From Candidatus Eiseniibacteriota bacterium (lineage in GTDB: Bacteria; Eisenbacteria; RBG-16-71-46; JABDJR01), in the NCBI GenBank assembly GCA_963783375.1, contig CAWANH010000028.1, forward strand, positions 1,248,001 to 1,312,000: a stretch of 64,000 bases of DNA, given 5' to 3'. Numbering within the stretch: the stretch's first letter is position 1; each line of letters begins with the position of its first letter. Positions 49,675 through 59,660 of the stretch are shown piece after piece. Both the position numbers and the translations under genes were made by a program. The notes under the pieces are model-generated. The model did no database searches, had not been told where the DNA came from, and saw only the letters and a program-made list of their open reading frames with translations.

Positions 49675-51570
49675 ATGGACATACCCCGGCCCGCCCGTTT
49701 CGGGGGAATCTTCGCACTTGTACTCCTTGGCCTGGCCGCCTCCCAGGCGGCCGGCGCTCCCCACGCGGAGCTGCCGCGCGTGGTCCTTCACGGCGTTCCG
49801 TTCACCCTCAAGCTTTCCGATCCCGACCTCACCCCCGGCGACACTCTCAGGATTCGAGTGACGGCGGGAGAGACGGTCCGGAACGTCCTCGTTCCGGCGG
49901 GGGAGACGCTGGAACTCGATGACCTGGCCCTGGGCCGGGGGGAGAACCTGGCGCTGCGCTGGGACGGGGGGGAGTCGAGTCCCCCCGTGCATTCTCTACC
50001 CGGCTGGACCAGCCTGCTTCCCCCCTTGGTGGCGATTTTATTGGCCGTGCTCTTCCGCCAGGTGGTGCTGGCCCTTCTGGCCGGCGTCTGGTTGGGGGCC
50101 GTCCTGGTCTTCCAGGTGGATCCGTTTACCGGCCTCCTCCGCACCATGGATACCTACGTTTCGGGGTCGCTCCAGGATTCGGGACACGTGAGCATTCTCC
50201 TCTTCTCCTTCCTCCTGGGGGGCATGCTGGGGGTGATCCAGCGCGCGGGGGGAACCAAGGGGATCGTGAACACCGTCGCCCCTCTGGCGCGTACCCCGAG
50301 GAGCGGCCAGATCACGGCCTGGGTCCTGGGCATCCTCGTCTTCTTCGACGACTACGCGAACACCCTCCTGGTCGGTCCCACCATGCGTCCGATCACCGAC
50401 CGGCTCAAGATCTCCCGGGAAAAGCTGGCCTATATCGTGGATTCCACCGCGGCCCCGGTGGCCAGCATCGCGGTGGTCTCCACCTGGATCGGAGTGGAGG
50501 TGGGGCTCATCCACGACGCGTTCGTCCACTCCGGGATCGAGCGCGACGCCTTCGGCGCCTTCGTGGCCTCGTTGCCCTATCGGTTCTACCCCATCTTCGC
50601 CCTGTTCTTCGGGTTCCTGGTGGCGGCCACCGGCCGCGATTTCGGCCCCATGCTCCGGGCCGAGCGTCGGGCGCGGCGAACGGGGCGGGTCCTGCGCGAG
50701 GGGGCCATGCCCCTGGCCGATTTCGGCGGAGACGCCCTGGAGCCCCCCGCGGACAAGCCTCACCGGTGGTTGAACGCAGCGCTGCCCATCCTGGTGGTGG
50801 TGGTGAGCGTGCTCGTCTTCATCTACGTGGGGGGGCGGAAGGCGGCGATCGCGGATGGAAAAGTCCTGGATCTGAAGACGATCGTGGGAAGCGCGGACTC
50901 CTATTCGGCGCTCTTATGGGCCGCGTTTCTGGGGTCGTTCTCGGCCGTGGCGCTCGCGGTGGGCCAGCGCATCCTGAACGTACATGCCGCGATGGAGGCA
51001 TGGCTCCAGGGTGCGAAGTCGTTGTTTCTGGCCGCGGTGATCCTCACCCTGGCCTGGTCCATCGGCATGATCACCGCGGAAATGGGGACCGCCGGGTACC
51101 TGGTTCACGTTCTGAGCGACAGCCTGAAACCCCACTGGGTGCCGGTCCTGGTGTTCATCTTCTCCGGGATCACCTCCTTCGCCACCGGTTCCTCCTGGAG
51201 CACGATGGCCATTCTTATTCCGCTGGTCATTCCCCTGGCCCACCGACTGGCCCCGGGGAACGATCTCATCCTGGCCGGGACCATCTCCAGCGTCCTGGCC
51301 GGCTCGGTGTGGGGGGATCACTGTTCACCCATTTCCGACACCACCGTGCTCTCCAGTATGGCCTCGTCCTCGGACCACATGGATCACGTCACCACCCAGC
51401 TACCCTATGCGGTCGTGGTGGCGCTGGTGGGTATGGCGGTGGGGGACATACCGACCGCGTTCGGCCTGCCCTTCTGGGTATCGTGGATTCTGGGAGCGGC
51501 GGCCCTGGGGGGCATCCTCTACGTCTTCGGAAGGAAGGACCAAAACGCGGGGGTGGAGGTGTCCGAGTGA
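49675..51570 (+). CDS. NhaC family Na+/H+ antiporter
   Basis: FFDDYAN, SREKLAYIVDSTAAP, FATGSSW and GDHCSPISDTT. Confidence 0.92.
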   Translation: MDIPRPARFGGIFALVLLGLAASQAAGAPHAELPRVVLHGVPFTLKLSDPDLTPGDTLRIRVTAGETVRNVLVPAGETLELDDLALGRGENLALRWDGGESSPPVHSLPGWTSLLPPLVAILLAVLFRQVVLALLAGVWLGAVLVFQVDPFTGLLRTMDTYVSGSLQDSGHVSILLFSFLLGGMLGVIQRAGGTKGIVNTVAPLARTPRSGQITAWVLGILVFFDDYANTLLVGPTMRPITDRLKISREKLAYIVDSTAAPVASIAVVSTWIGVEVGLIHDAFVHSGIERDAFGAFVASLPYRFYPIFALFFGFLVAATGRDFGPMLRAERRARRTGRVLREGAMPLADFGGDALEPPADKPHRWLNAALPILVVVVSVLVFIYVGGRKAAIADGKVLDLKTIVGSADSYSALLWAAFLGSFSAVALAVGQRILNVHAAMEAWLQGAKSLFLAAVILTLAWSIGMITAEMGTAGYLVHVLSDSLKPHWVPVLVFIFSGITSFATGSSWSTMAILIPLVIPLAHRLAPGNDLILAGTISSVLAGSVWGDHCSPISDTTVLSSMASSSDHMDHVTTQLPYAVVVALVGMAVGDIPTAFGLPFWVSWILGAAALGGILYVFGRKDQNAGVEVSE

Positions 51571-51731
51571 ACCGGCGGAAGGGAATCGCGATGAGGAACG
51601 GGAAGGCGCCCACGACGCACGCGCGCTTCCGCCCCCAAGGCGAAAGCGCCCGGCGGCCCCCGTCGGGGGGGCCGCGCCATGGCCGCGTTCGTGTCCGCCG
51701 GCGTGGGGCCGGCTTCGAGGACGCTACGGAG

Positions 51732-52184
51732 CTACGGACTGATCGGGGAACCCTTCTGGAGGCTGCCGTTGGCGCCCGCCTTGATCTTGTCGGCGGAGTC
51801 CGCCATCGGCGCCCCCGACACGGAGGCACCCGAGGTCTGGTTCTTCACTTCGCAGCGCAGGAGGACCCCATCCGGATCGAAGTAGAGGTTGGTGATCGTT
51901 CCCCCGACGAAGTAGTTTCCGTAGATCCAGTGCTTGGCGGCTTCTTCCTCGTTCACTTCCTCCACCCGGACCGGCTTTCCCCACGCGACCTGGACCATGT
52001 CCTCGGACATACCGACCATGATCTGGCCGTTCAGGATGGCCTCGGCCATCTGTTCGCTGAGCATGGGGTGCTGGTCGACGTAGAGGCTACGCTCCATGGC
52101 GGCGCGGTTGGTGCTGGCACATCCTGCCAGCAGGATGCCCCCGGCAACGCCGGCGACGAGGATGAATCCGAGGTATCGACGCAT
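51732..52184 (-). CDS. Lipoprotein with a SmpA/BamE-like fold
   Basis: Lipobox LAGC; GMSEDMVQVAWGKP...WIY...LYF. Confidence 0.7.
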   Translation of the reverse strand: MRRYLGFILVAGVAGGILLAGCASTNRAAMERSLYVDQHPMLSEQMAEAILNGQIMVGMSEDMVQVAWGKPVRVEEVNEEEAAKHWIYGNYFVGGTITNLYFDPDGVLLRCEVKNQTSGASVSGAPMADSADKIKAGANGSLQKGSPISP

Positions 52185-52449
52185 CGTCAACCCTCCCGGG
52201 GGTCGCGCCACCGGCGAGGCAGCTGTGACACGACTCCGGTTGTTCCCCCCTGGGTACAGGGGCTGGACCTCGCCAGATCGGACCTCGAACGCACCGGGAC
52301 GGTGAGGCGCCTTGGCCCGTCACCCGAGAGTGTATGCACATCCCGGACCGTTCCACGGCCCGACGATTTCAAGCTACTCCTGGAGCGGAGGGGAGACAAC
52401 GAAAATAACGACATAGCCACCCTCGTCCCCTATATCGCAGGTTTGCGAA

Positions 52450-54189
52450 ATGCTTACAAACGCGCGTAACCGGGTGAATTCCCCCATCTTGTGGGGGATA
52501 TGCCTCGCCCTGCTGCTGGCCCTGTTGGGCTGGTCGCTCCTTGTGGATCCCGGCGCCGACCCGCCCTCCGGCGCCTCCGCCCTGGAGGGCCAGCTTCTCA
52601 TCGGGGCTCGCGCCATGCTTCCGGGTCAGGACATCCCTCTGGGAGACTGGGCGCCGGAGGTCCTCATACCGATCCAGCTTCGGACCGATGCGCTGGCGTT
52701 TCGGCTGTTCGGGGTGAGCCTGATCGCCGCCCGCGTGGTCAACGCGGTAGCGGCGCTGTTGGCCGTGCTCCTGTTCTTCTTCCTCGTGCGGATGAGCTCC
52801 GGCCCGGGTATCGCGCTACTGGCCGCTCTCTTCCTGGCCGTGAACCCGATGTTCTTCGAGGTATCGCGAACGGCGCTCCCCGCGGTCTTCGACATCCTGC
52901 TCATGCTCGTTGCCATCCGGGTCTGGATCGCCGGCCGGAGGAGCGGCCTCGCCGCGTTCCTGTCCGGGGCCCTGGTGGTGACGGCGGGCCTCCTGGAGGA
53001 CGGGCCCTCCACCGCATTCTTCCTGCTTACGGGGCTCATCATGGCGCTCTTCCTGACCTTGCACGCCTGGAAGATGCCCTGGAGGGAAAGAACGCACTAT
53101 CGCCTGCGGTTCTTCTGGATGGGAGTGGGGTTCATGCTGATCATCTTCGTGCTGCGGGTGGTCACCCACTGGGCCCAGGTGGGAGCGATCTGGAGACACA
53201 TGAACCCGGCATCCATCCAGATTCTCGCGGCCAACGTGGTCCTGACCCCCGTCCACGCCGCATCCATGGTCCGGCACATGCCGCTCCTGTCGGCGGTGGC
53301 CGTGGGATACTTTCTGTTCTTCGCCAAGAGCGGCGTGCGGCCCCTGGCCCGGCACCGCCGGCTCGATGAAGTGAGACTCTGGTTCCTGGCCTGGATCCTC
53401 GCCGCGGTTCCCTTCATGCTCTTCGGTGGACGCTTGGACCTGTACCGGCTGGCCCTGTTGGTGCCGCCGACCTGCCTGCTCGGGGCCGAGGGGATCGCGC
53501 GGCTCTTCGCCCTACGCCGGATCGAGCGCCCCCGGATCGACGTGATGATCGTCATGGTGATGATCGCCCTCTTCACGTGGTTTCTCTCCGCCTGGCTCGT
53601 CCACCTCCTCCTTCCCCGGGTCGAGCTCACCGGCTACTGGAACCGGCATCAGATCCGAACCTCGGTGATCACGATGTTGGCGGGCTGGCTCGTCCTCACC
53701 TATTTCCTCGGCTGGGCGTATCTCAAATGGAAGCGTTTCACCCTCCCCCTCCGCCCCCTCCCGATCACCGGGCTCGCCGCTCTGCTCCTGGGCGGGATCA
53801 TCCTGCTCGGGGTTTCGGCATCGGTGTCCACGTGGAGCCGCCGAACCCACGAGGTGGAGAAGGCCTCCTCCCTGGTTGCGGGGCTCGGCCCGCGGAGCCT
53901 CGTGGTTGGATCCTGGGCCCCGCTCCTCACCCTCGGCCACCCGGCTCGGGCCGCGATCATCTGGGACGGGGTAAACGACGAACCCGCCTCCTGGCACCGG
54001 GAGGTCGACTACCTGCTCCTCCAGGACAACCGGGAACGCGATCCCGGCGAGGCCCCGATGCGGCTCTTCCTAACGGGGGAGGGACGGCCCCGGGTGAAAC
54101 CGGCCGGAGGGAGCGCGGTCATCGGGGGGGGCACGATCCAGCTGTTCCGCGTCGAGAGAAACCAGCCCGGGCCGGCTCAGGGCCGGTAG
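52450..54189 (+). CDS. GT-C (ArnT/PMT-like) membrane glycosyltransferase-like protein
   Basis: FRLFGVSLIAAR and ALLAALFLAVNP; many transmembrane segments. Confidence 0.65.
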   Translation: MLTNARNRVNSPILWGICLALLLALLGWSLLVDPGADPPSGASALEGQLLIGARAMLPGQDIPLGDWAPEVLIPIQLRTDALAFRLFGVSLIAARVVNAVAALLAVLLFFFLVRMSSGPGIALLAALFLAVNPMFFEVSRTALPAVFDILLMLVAIRVWIAGRRSGLAAFLSGALVVTAGLLEDGPSTAFFLLTGLIMALFLTLHAWKMPWRERTHYRLRFFWMGVGFMLIIFVLRVVTHWAQVGAIWRHMNPASIQILAANVVLTPVHAASMVRHMPLLSAVAVGYFLFFAKSGVRPLARHRRLDEVRLWFLAWILAAVPFMLFGGRLDLYRLALLVPPTCLLGAEGIARLFALRRIERPRIDVMIVMVMIALFTWFLSAWLVHLLLPRVELTGYWNRHQIRTSVITMLAGWLVLTYFLGWAYLKWKRFTLPLRPLPITGLAALLLGGIILLGVSASVSTWSRRTHEVEKASSLVAGLGPRSLVVGSWAPLLTLGHPARAAIIWDGVNDEPASWHREVDYLLLQDNRERDPGEAPMRLFLTGEGRPRVKPAGGSAVIGGGTIQLFRVERNQPGPAQGR

Positions 54190-54256
54190 CCACCCGGGCC
54201 ACGGGGAAGATTCCGACCGGGCCCGAATTTCCGGCGGGCTGCTATACTCGCCGGTC

Positions 54257-54688
54257 ATGTTGGGAAGGCGTTTGACCACCGATGCCGAGCTTCGGGACCT
54301 TCTATCCCGGGTGCGGACGGTGGCGGTGGTCGGGCTCTCACCAAAGCCCCACCGGGACAGCTATCGGATCGCCGAGTACCTCCAACGAGCCGGGTACCGG
54401 GTCGTCCCCGTGCATCCCGCGGGGGGAACGATCCTGGGGGAAACCGTCTACCCCTCGCTGGAGGCGGTTCCGGCCGAGCGGGAGGTGGATCTGATCGACG
54501 TGTTTAGGCGACCGGAGGCCCTTCCCGGGCTGGTGGTCGAGGTGAAAGCATGCCGGGCGGGGACGCCGATATGGCTCCAGCTGGGCGTGGTGAACGCGTC
54601 CGCCGAGGCGGGGGCGCTGGCCGCCGGCTCCGACGTGGTGGCCGACCGCTGCATCCTGGTGGAACACCGCCGGCTCATCCCGGGGTGA
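54257..54688 (+). CDS. CoA-binding protein (YccU-like)
   Basis: AVVGLS...RDS, DVFR, WLQLG and DRC. Confidence 0.92.
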   Translation: MLGRRLTTDAELRDLLSRVRTVAVVGLSPKPHRDSYRIAEYLQRAGYRVVPVHPAGGTILGETVYPSLEAVPAEREVDLIDVFRRPEALPGLVVEVKACRAGTPIWLQLGVVNASAEAGALAAGSDVVADRCILVEHRRLIPG

Positions 54689-54737
54689 GTGGGCCGGCCC
54701 GGCGGGAGGGAGCGGACGCGGCGCGGGTCGGGAGGGA

Positions 54738-54761
54738 GAGGAAGAGGAAGAGGAAGAGGAA
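54738..54761 (+). repeat. (GAGGAA)4 tandem repeat
   Basis: Four perfect hexamers directly before ATG 54763. Confidence 0.85.
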
Positions 54762-54762
54762 G

Positions 54763-56262
54763 ATGGGGTTGATGAAACGATCGGGACGGGACGACAAGGA
54801 ACGGGCACGAGACGCCGGGGCCTCGAACGGGAGACGGGGGGAGAGGCGCTTCCCGGGCGGATTCCGATGGATCGCCGGCCTCTGCGCGTCGGGGATCGGT
54901 CTCCTGGCGTGGGCGGGGCCGGTCCTGGCTTCCGAGGCCGGGGGCGAGGGCCCCATCCACGTTCCCCCGATCTGGATGATGGGGTTCTTCGGGGCCATGC
55001 TCCTGGCCATCGCGGTTCTTCCTCTCACCCCGCTCAATCACTGGTGGGAGAAGAACCGGAACCGGCTCCTCGTCTCGGTGGTTCTGGGAGCCTACCCGGC
55101 CATCTACTACGTGCAGCACGATTTCCCGGAGCTGAGCCACGTGATGCTCCACGAGTACGTGCCGTTCATCGTGCTCTTGGGAAGCCTGTTCATGATTGCG
55201 GGAGGAATACGGCTCACCGGAGATCTGCAGGCGTCTCCCGGGGTCAACACCAGCTTCATCGCCATCGGCACCCTGTTGGCCTCGTGCATCGGGACCACCG
55301 GGGCCAGCATGCTCCTCATCCGGCCGCTCCTCCAGACCAACCGGGAGCGGACCTACCGGGTCCACACCGTCATCTTCTTCATCTTCCTGGTTTCGAACAT
55401 CGGGGGGTCGCTCCTTCCCATCGGGGACCCGCCGCTCTTCCTGGGCTACCTGGCCGGCGTCCCGTTCTTCTGGACCCTGAACCTCTGGACGGTATGGCTT
55501 CCGACCTCCCTGGTGGTTCTCCTTCTCTACTACCTCCTTGACCGGGTGTACTACGCGAAGGAGCTGCCCGCGGTGCGGGAGTGGGACCGTCAGGCCATCG
55601 AGCCCCTGCGGCTCCGCGGCGGACTCAACTTCCTGTGGCTTCTGGGGATCGTGGCCGCGGTGATCACCATGCACGCCCACTCGCCGGTCGCCCTCCTCCG
55701 GATCCCGTACGCCCGGGAGGCCACCATGGTGCTCATGGTGGTTCTGGCCTTCGCCACCTCGCCCCGGCAGAACTGGAAGGACAACTACTTCACCATGGGG
55801 CCGATCGTCGAGGTCGCGGTGCTCTTCCTGGGGATCTTCATCACCATGACGCCCACCCTGGCCATCCTGAAGGCCAACGGGGCACAGCTGGGGGTCGATT
55901 CCCCGGCCAAGTTCTTCTGGAGCACCGGTGCGCTTTCGAGCTTCCTCGACAACACGCCCACCTACATGGTGTTCTTCAAGGCCGCCTCGGGGGCGGTGGC
56001 CGAGGGGGCCATTCACGCCGGGACCCTGATCGGACACGGGATCGACAAGGTACCTCACCGCATGCTCATGGCCATCTCCGCGGGAGCGGTGTTCATGGGG
56101 GCCAACACCTACATCGGGAACGGTCCCAACTTCATGGTGAAAGCCATCGCCGAGGAATCCGGAATCAAGATGCCGTCGTTCTTCGGCTATATGCGCTGGT
56201 CGCTGGCCATCCTGATGCCCATCTTCATCTTGGTGAGCCTGATCTTCTTCCGGGGAGCGTGA
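54763..56262 (+). CDS. Sodium:proton antiporter (IT superfamily)
   Basis: GTTGASM, SNIGG...GDPPLFLG, SSFLDNTPTY and YIGNGPNFM; start codon uncertain. Confidence 0.9.
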   Translation: MGLMKRSGRDDKERARDAGASNGRRGERRFPGGFRWIAGLCASGIGLLAWAGPVLASEAGGEGPIHVPPIWMMGFFGAMLLAIAVLPLTPLNHWWEKNRNRLLVSVVLGAYPAIYYVQHDFPELSHVMLHEYVPFIVLLGSLFMIAGGIRLTGDLQASPGVNTSFIAIGTLLASCIGTTGASMLLIRPLLQTNRERTYRVHTVIFFIFLVSNIGGSLLPIGDPPLFLGYLAGVPFFWTLNLWTVWLPTSLVVLLLYYLLDRVYYAKELPAVREWDRQAIEPLRLRGGLNFLWLLGIVAAVITMHAHSPVALLRIPYAREATMVLMVVLAFATSPRQNWKDNYFTMGPIVEVAVLFLGIFITMTPTLAILKANGAQLGVDSPAKFFWSTGALSSFLDNTPTYMVFFKAASGAVAEGAIHAGTLIGHGIDKVPHRMLMAISAGAVFMGANTYIGNGPNFMVKAIAEESGIKMPSFFGYMRWSLAILMPIFILVSLIFFRGA

Positions 56263-56533
56263 TTTCACCCAACGCCGGCTGCTCTAGCCGGACCTTCGCG
56301 AACCGGGGGCTCCGTGGGGACCGCCGGGCACCCTCCCCCAGGTTCCGTCCGGCCGGGCGAATGTGATATTATTAGCCGTCACTTTCACATCGAAACCCAA
56401 GCGCAGACACCGGGCCGCACGAGCCGTGGGAGCTTCCACGTAACCACCGCTTCTTTCCGGCGTCTATCACCCCACGGACCCTCGTCGGCCGAATCGTGAC
56501 CGCACCGACGCCCTCACCGATAGGAGCAGCTTC

Positions 56534-59398
56534 ATGCGCAGGCGCTTATTCCCCCTCGTCCTCGTGATGACCTTCACCGCGATCACGGCGGTCTCCGCGT
56601 TCGCGGGACCCGAGAAGGTCGGGCCCCTCCTCCGGAAATACGTCGATACGAACCTCCAGGTGGCGGTCGACCCCATCCGGCACCAGACCGCGGAGGGGGT
56701 GATGAGCGCCGCCGACGCGGGCCTCGGCGTGCGTTGCCTCATCCAGGGAGACGTGACCCGGCAGGAACTCGAGGCCCTGGGGGTCACCGTGACCTCCCAG
56801 GCCGGTCCGGTGTTCAGCACCTACGTCCCGACCTCGGCCATCCTTCCCGTCTCGGACTTGCCGGGGATGGTGCGGATCCAGGCGGCGCGGATGCTCAAGC
56901 CCAACCTGAACGCCGCCACCTCGGAGACCAACATCGTCCCCGAGGTCCACGGCCAGTCCGGACCCGCCTACGGCGGAAACACCGGGAGCAACGTCATCGT
57001 CGGCATCGTGGATTCCGGGTTCGACTACAAGCACGAGGACTTCAAGCTGAGCGGGGGCACCAGCCGCTTCGACCGCATCTGGGACCAGACCAACTCCTCC
57101 GGCCCCGCCCCCGGCGGTTCGTTCACCTACGGCACCCAGTATCTCCAGGCGGCGCTCACCGCCGGGACCCCGGTCATCACCAATCCCGGCGGCCACGGGA
57201 CCCACGTGACCGGGATCGCCGCGGGGAACGGCCGGGGCACCGGAAACGGCCAGGCCGCCTACCGCTACACCGGGGTGGCCCCCGACGCCACCCTGATCGG
57301 GGTGAAGACCGATTTCTCCGACGCGGGGATCGTCGACGGCGTGAACTACGTCTTTCAACGGGCCGCGGCCCTGGGCAAGAACGCGGTGGTGAACCTGAGC
57401 CTGGGCGGTCAGTTCGGGCCTCACGACGGCACCGATCCCCTCGACGTGGGCATCTCCGCGCTGACCGGCGCGGGCAAGATCGTGGTCGCCTCGGCCGGGA
57501 ACGAACGGGGCGCGGCCATCCACGCCCGCGGCCAGCTTCCGGCCGGCGGATCCCCCAGCGTTCTCAACATGACCTACTCGGTGGGGAGCTACTCCGCCAA
57601 CCCCGGCACCCAGAATGACATCGTGCTCTTCGACGGCTACTACGAGAGCACCGACAACTACACGGTCACCGTGATCAGCCCCAACGGAATCGTCACCGGC
57701 CCGATCACCCGCGGGAACAACACCGGGGTGGACACCAACGACGGCGCGGTCCAGATCGAGAACGGTCTCTACACCAACACCACCGGGGACTACGAAGTCT
57801 TCGTGGCCCTGTTCGACTACACGGTGGCCCACAAGCCCGCCGCCGGCACCTGGACCATCCGCTACACCCGGACCACGTCCACCAACTCCAACATCGATCT
57901 CTGGAACTACGTGAACTCCAGCAACATCCCGGGCAACTTCACGTCCAACGTCACGGACGACGTGACGATCGGGAGCCCGGGCAGCGGCCTGGACGTGATC
58001 ACCGTGGCCGCCTACGCCACCAAGACCGGCTGGACCTCGATCGACGGGAACAACTACACCTACGTCTCGCCGCCGGCGTACGGCGACCTCGCCGGCTTCT
58101 CCAGCCGGGGGCCGCTCCGGGACGGAACCCAGAAGCCGGACATCTCCGGGCCCGGGTTCGGCGTCATGTCTACCCTGGCCACCGACGCGAACACCGCGGG
58201 GAACCAGCCCTATATCGATCCCGACGGTAAGCACTGGATCCAGGCCGGTACCAGCATGTCCTCGCCGATGGTGACGGGACTCTGCGCCCTCATCCTGAAC
58301 AAGGACGGCGCGCTCACCCCGGCTCAGATGAAGACCAAGCTCTACAACAGCGCCCGGACGGACGCCTACACCGGAGCGGTGCCGAACGCCGATTGGGGGT
58401 ACGGGAAGATGAACGGCCTTCCCGCCGACATGACCAATCCGACCGTCACCGTCACCGCCCCCAACGGGGGAGAGACCCTGGCCGCGGGCTCGAGCGCCAA
58501 CATCACCTGGAGCGCCAGCGACAACTTCGGGGTGGACCACGTCGATCTCTACTACTCGACCGACGGAGGATCCACCTTCCCGAACATGATCGCTTCGGGC
58601 GAAGCCAACGACGGGACCTACTCCTGGAGCGTGCCCTCGGTTTCCACCTCCACCGCGCGGGTGAAGGTGGTGGCCTCGGATGCGGGGTCGAACACCGGCG
58701 AGGATCAGAGCAACGCCAACTTCACCATCCAGGTGCCAGACACCACCCCGCCCAGCGTGGCGGTGACCGCGCCCAACGGCTCGGAGTCCCTGGTCGAGGG
58801 TTCGTCCGCCAACATCACCTGGAGCGCCAGCGACACCGGTTCCAAACCCTCCGGGGTGACCGGGGTGGCGGCCATCGCCGGAGTGGACTCCGTCACCATC
58901 TCCTACTCGAACAACAACGGGGGGAGCTGGATTCCGGTCGCCTCGGGCGAGCCCAACGACGGGACCTACTCCTGGACCGTCCCCAACGACCCGACCACTC
59001 AGGCTCTGGTCCGGGTCCAGGCCTACGATCCCAGTCTGAACGTGGGGAGCGACGTGAGCGACGCGGTGTTCACGATCTCCACCTCCACCGCGGTGCCGGG
59101 AGGTGCGATCCCGACCGTGCTCAACCTGGCTCAGAACCGCCCGAACCCGATCACCGGCGCCACCACCACCCGGATCTCCTTCGGGCTCACCAAGGAGGGT
59201 CCGGCGACCCTGCGCGTCTTCGACGCTTCGGGACGCGAAGTGGCGGTCCTGGCCCACGGGACCTATTCCGCCGGAACCCACGCGGTGGACTGGAACGGTC
59301 TCACCCGGGACGGGGGCCGGGCCTCGTCCGGCCTGTACTTCTACCGCCTGGAGACCCGGGAGGGCACCATCACCCGGAAGCTCATGGTGCTCAAGTAG
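56534..59398 (+). CDS. Secreted S8 subtilase with two Ig-like repeats and a C-terminal FlgD-Ig domain
   Basis: Catalytic triad IVDSG, GHGTHV, GTSMS; two TAPNG.E.L repeats; QNRPNP...WNG...SGLYFYRL. Confidence 0.92.
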   Translation: MRRRLFPLVLVMTFTAITAVSAFAGPEKVGPLLRKYVDTNLQVAVDPIRHQTAEGVMSAADAGLGVRCLIQGDVTRQELEALGVTVTSQAGPVFSTYVPTSAILPVSDLPGMVRIQAARMLKPNLNAATSETNIVPEVHGQSGPAYGGNTGSNVIVGIVDSGFDYKHEDFKLSGGTSRFDRIWDQTNSSGPAPGGSFTYGTQYLQAALTAGTPVITNPGGHGTHVTGIAAGNGRGTGNGQAAYRYTGVAPDATLIGVKTDFSDAGIVDGVNYVFQRAAALGKNAVVNLSLGGQFGPHDGTDPLDVGISALTGAGKIVVASAGNERGAAIHARGQLPAGGSPSVLNMTYSVGSYSANPGTQNDIVLFDGYYESTDNYTVTVISPNGIVTGPITRGNNTGVDTNDGAVQIENGLYTNTTGDYEVFVALFDYTVAHKPAAGTWTIRYTRTTSTNSNIDLWNYVNSSNIPGNFTSNVTDDVTIGSPGSGLDVITVAAYATKTGWTSIDGNNYTYVSPPAYGDLAGFSSRGPLRDGTQKPDISGPGFGVMSTLATDANTAGNQPYIDPDGKHWIQAGTSMSSPMVTGLCALILNKDGALTPAQMKTKLYNSARTDAYTGAVPNADWGYGKMNGLPADMTNPTVTVTAPNGGETLAAGSSANITWSASDNFGVDHVDLYYSTDGGSTFPNMIASGEANDGTYSWSVPSVSTSTARVKVVASDAGSNTGEDQSNANFTIQVPDTTPPSVAVTAPNGSESLVEGSSANITWSASDTGSKPSGVTGVAAIAGVDSVTISYSNNNGGSWIPVASGEPNDGTYSWTVPNDPTTQALVRVQAYDPSLNVGSDVSDAVFTISTSTAVPGGAIPTVLNLAQNRPNPITGATTTRISFGLTKEGPATLRVFDASGREVAVLAHGTYSAGTHAVDWNGLTRDGGRASSGLYFYRLETREGTITRKLMVLK

Positions 59399-59420
59399 AG
59401 GACAATTTTCGTCGAGGAAC

Positions 59421-59459
59421 GACGGCCGGGGCGGGTCTACCGCTCCGGCCGTTTCTTTT
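59421..59459 (+). terminator. Intrinsic terminator
   Basis: GACGGCCGGGGCGG/CCGCTCCGGCCGTT stem followed by TCTTTT. Confidence 0.8.
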
Positions 59460-59660
59460 GCCTTGAGCCCCTCCCTCGGGGTTGCCATGATCGAGGCACC
59501 CGCGCGCGGCCGGGAGGCCGAAGCGCGCCTCGGCTCCTTTCGGCCGCGATCCCACGCGGCCCGGTCGGCTTCGCCCGAACATGGGTTCCGGGCCGGGACG
59601 AAGCCGCACCTCCGCCTTCGACGGCGGGGATCCACGGCCCGGAGACGGAGGGGACGACGG

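Noticed and set aside
51600-51715. Branched GC-rich hairpins between convergent genes
   Set aside because: Adequately explained as a bidirectional terminator or chance GC pairing.
59460-59660. SAM riboswitch upstream of metK
   Set aside because: No SAM-I (AUCNAGAG) or SAM-II core recognisable by eye.
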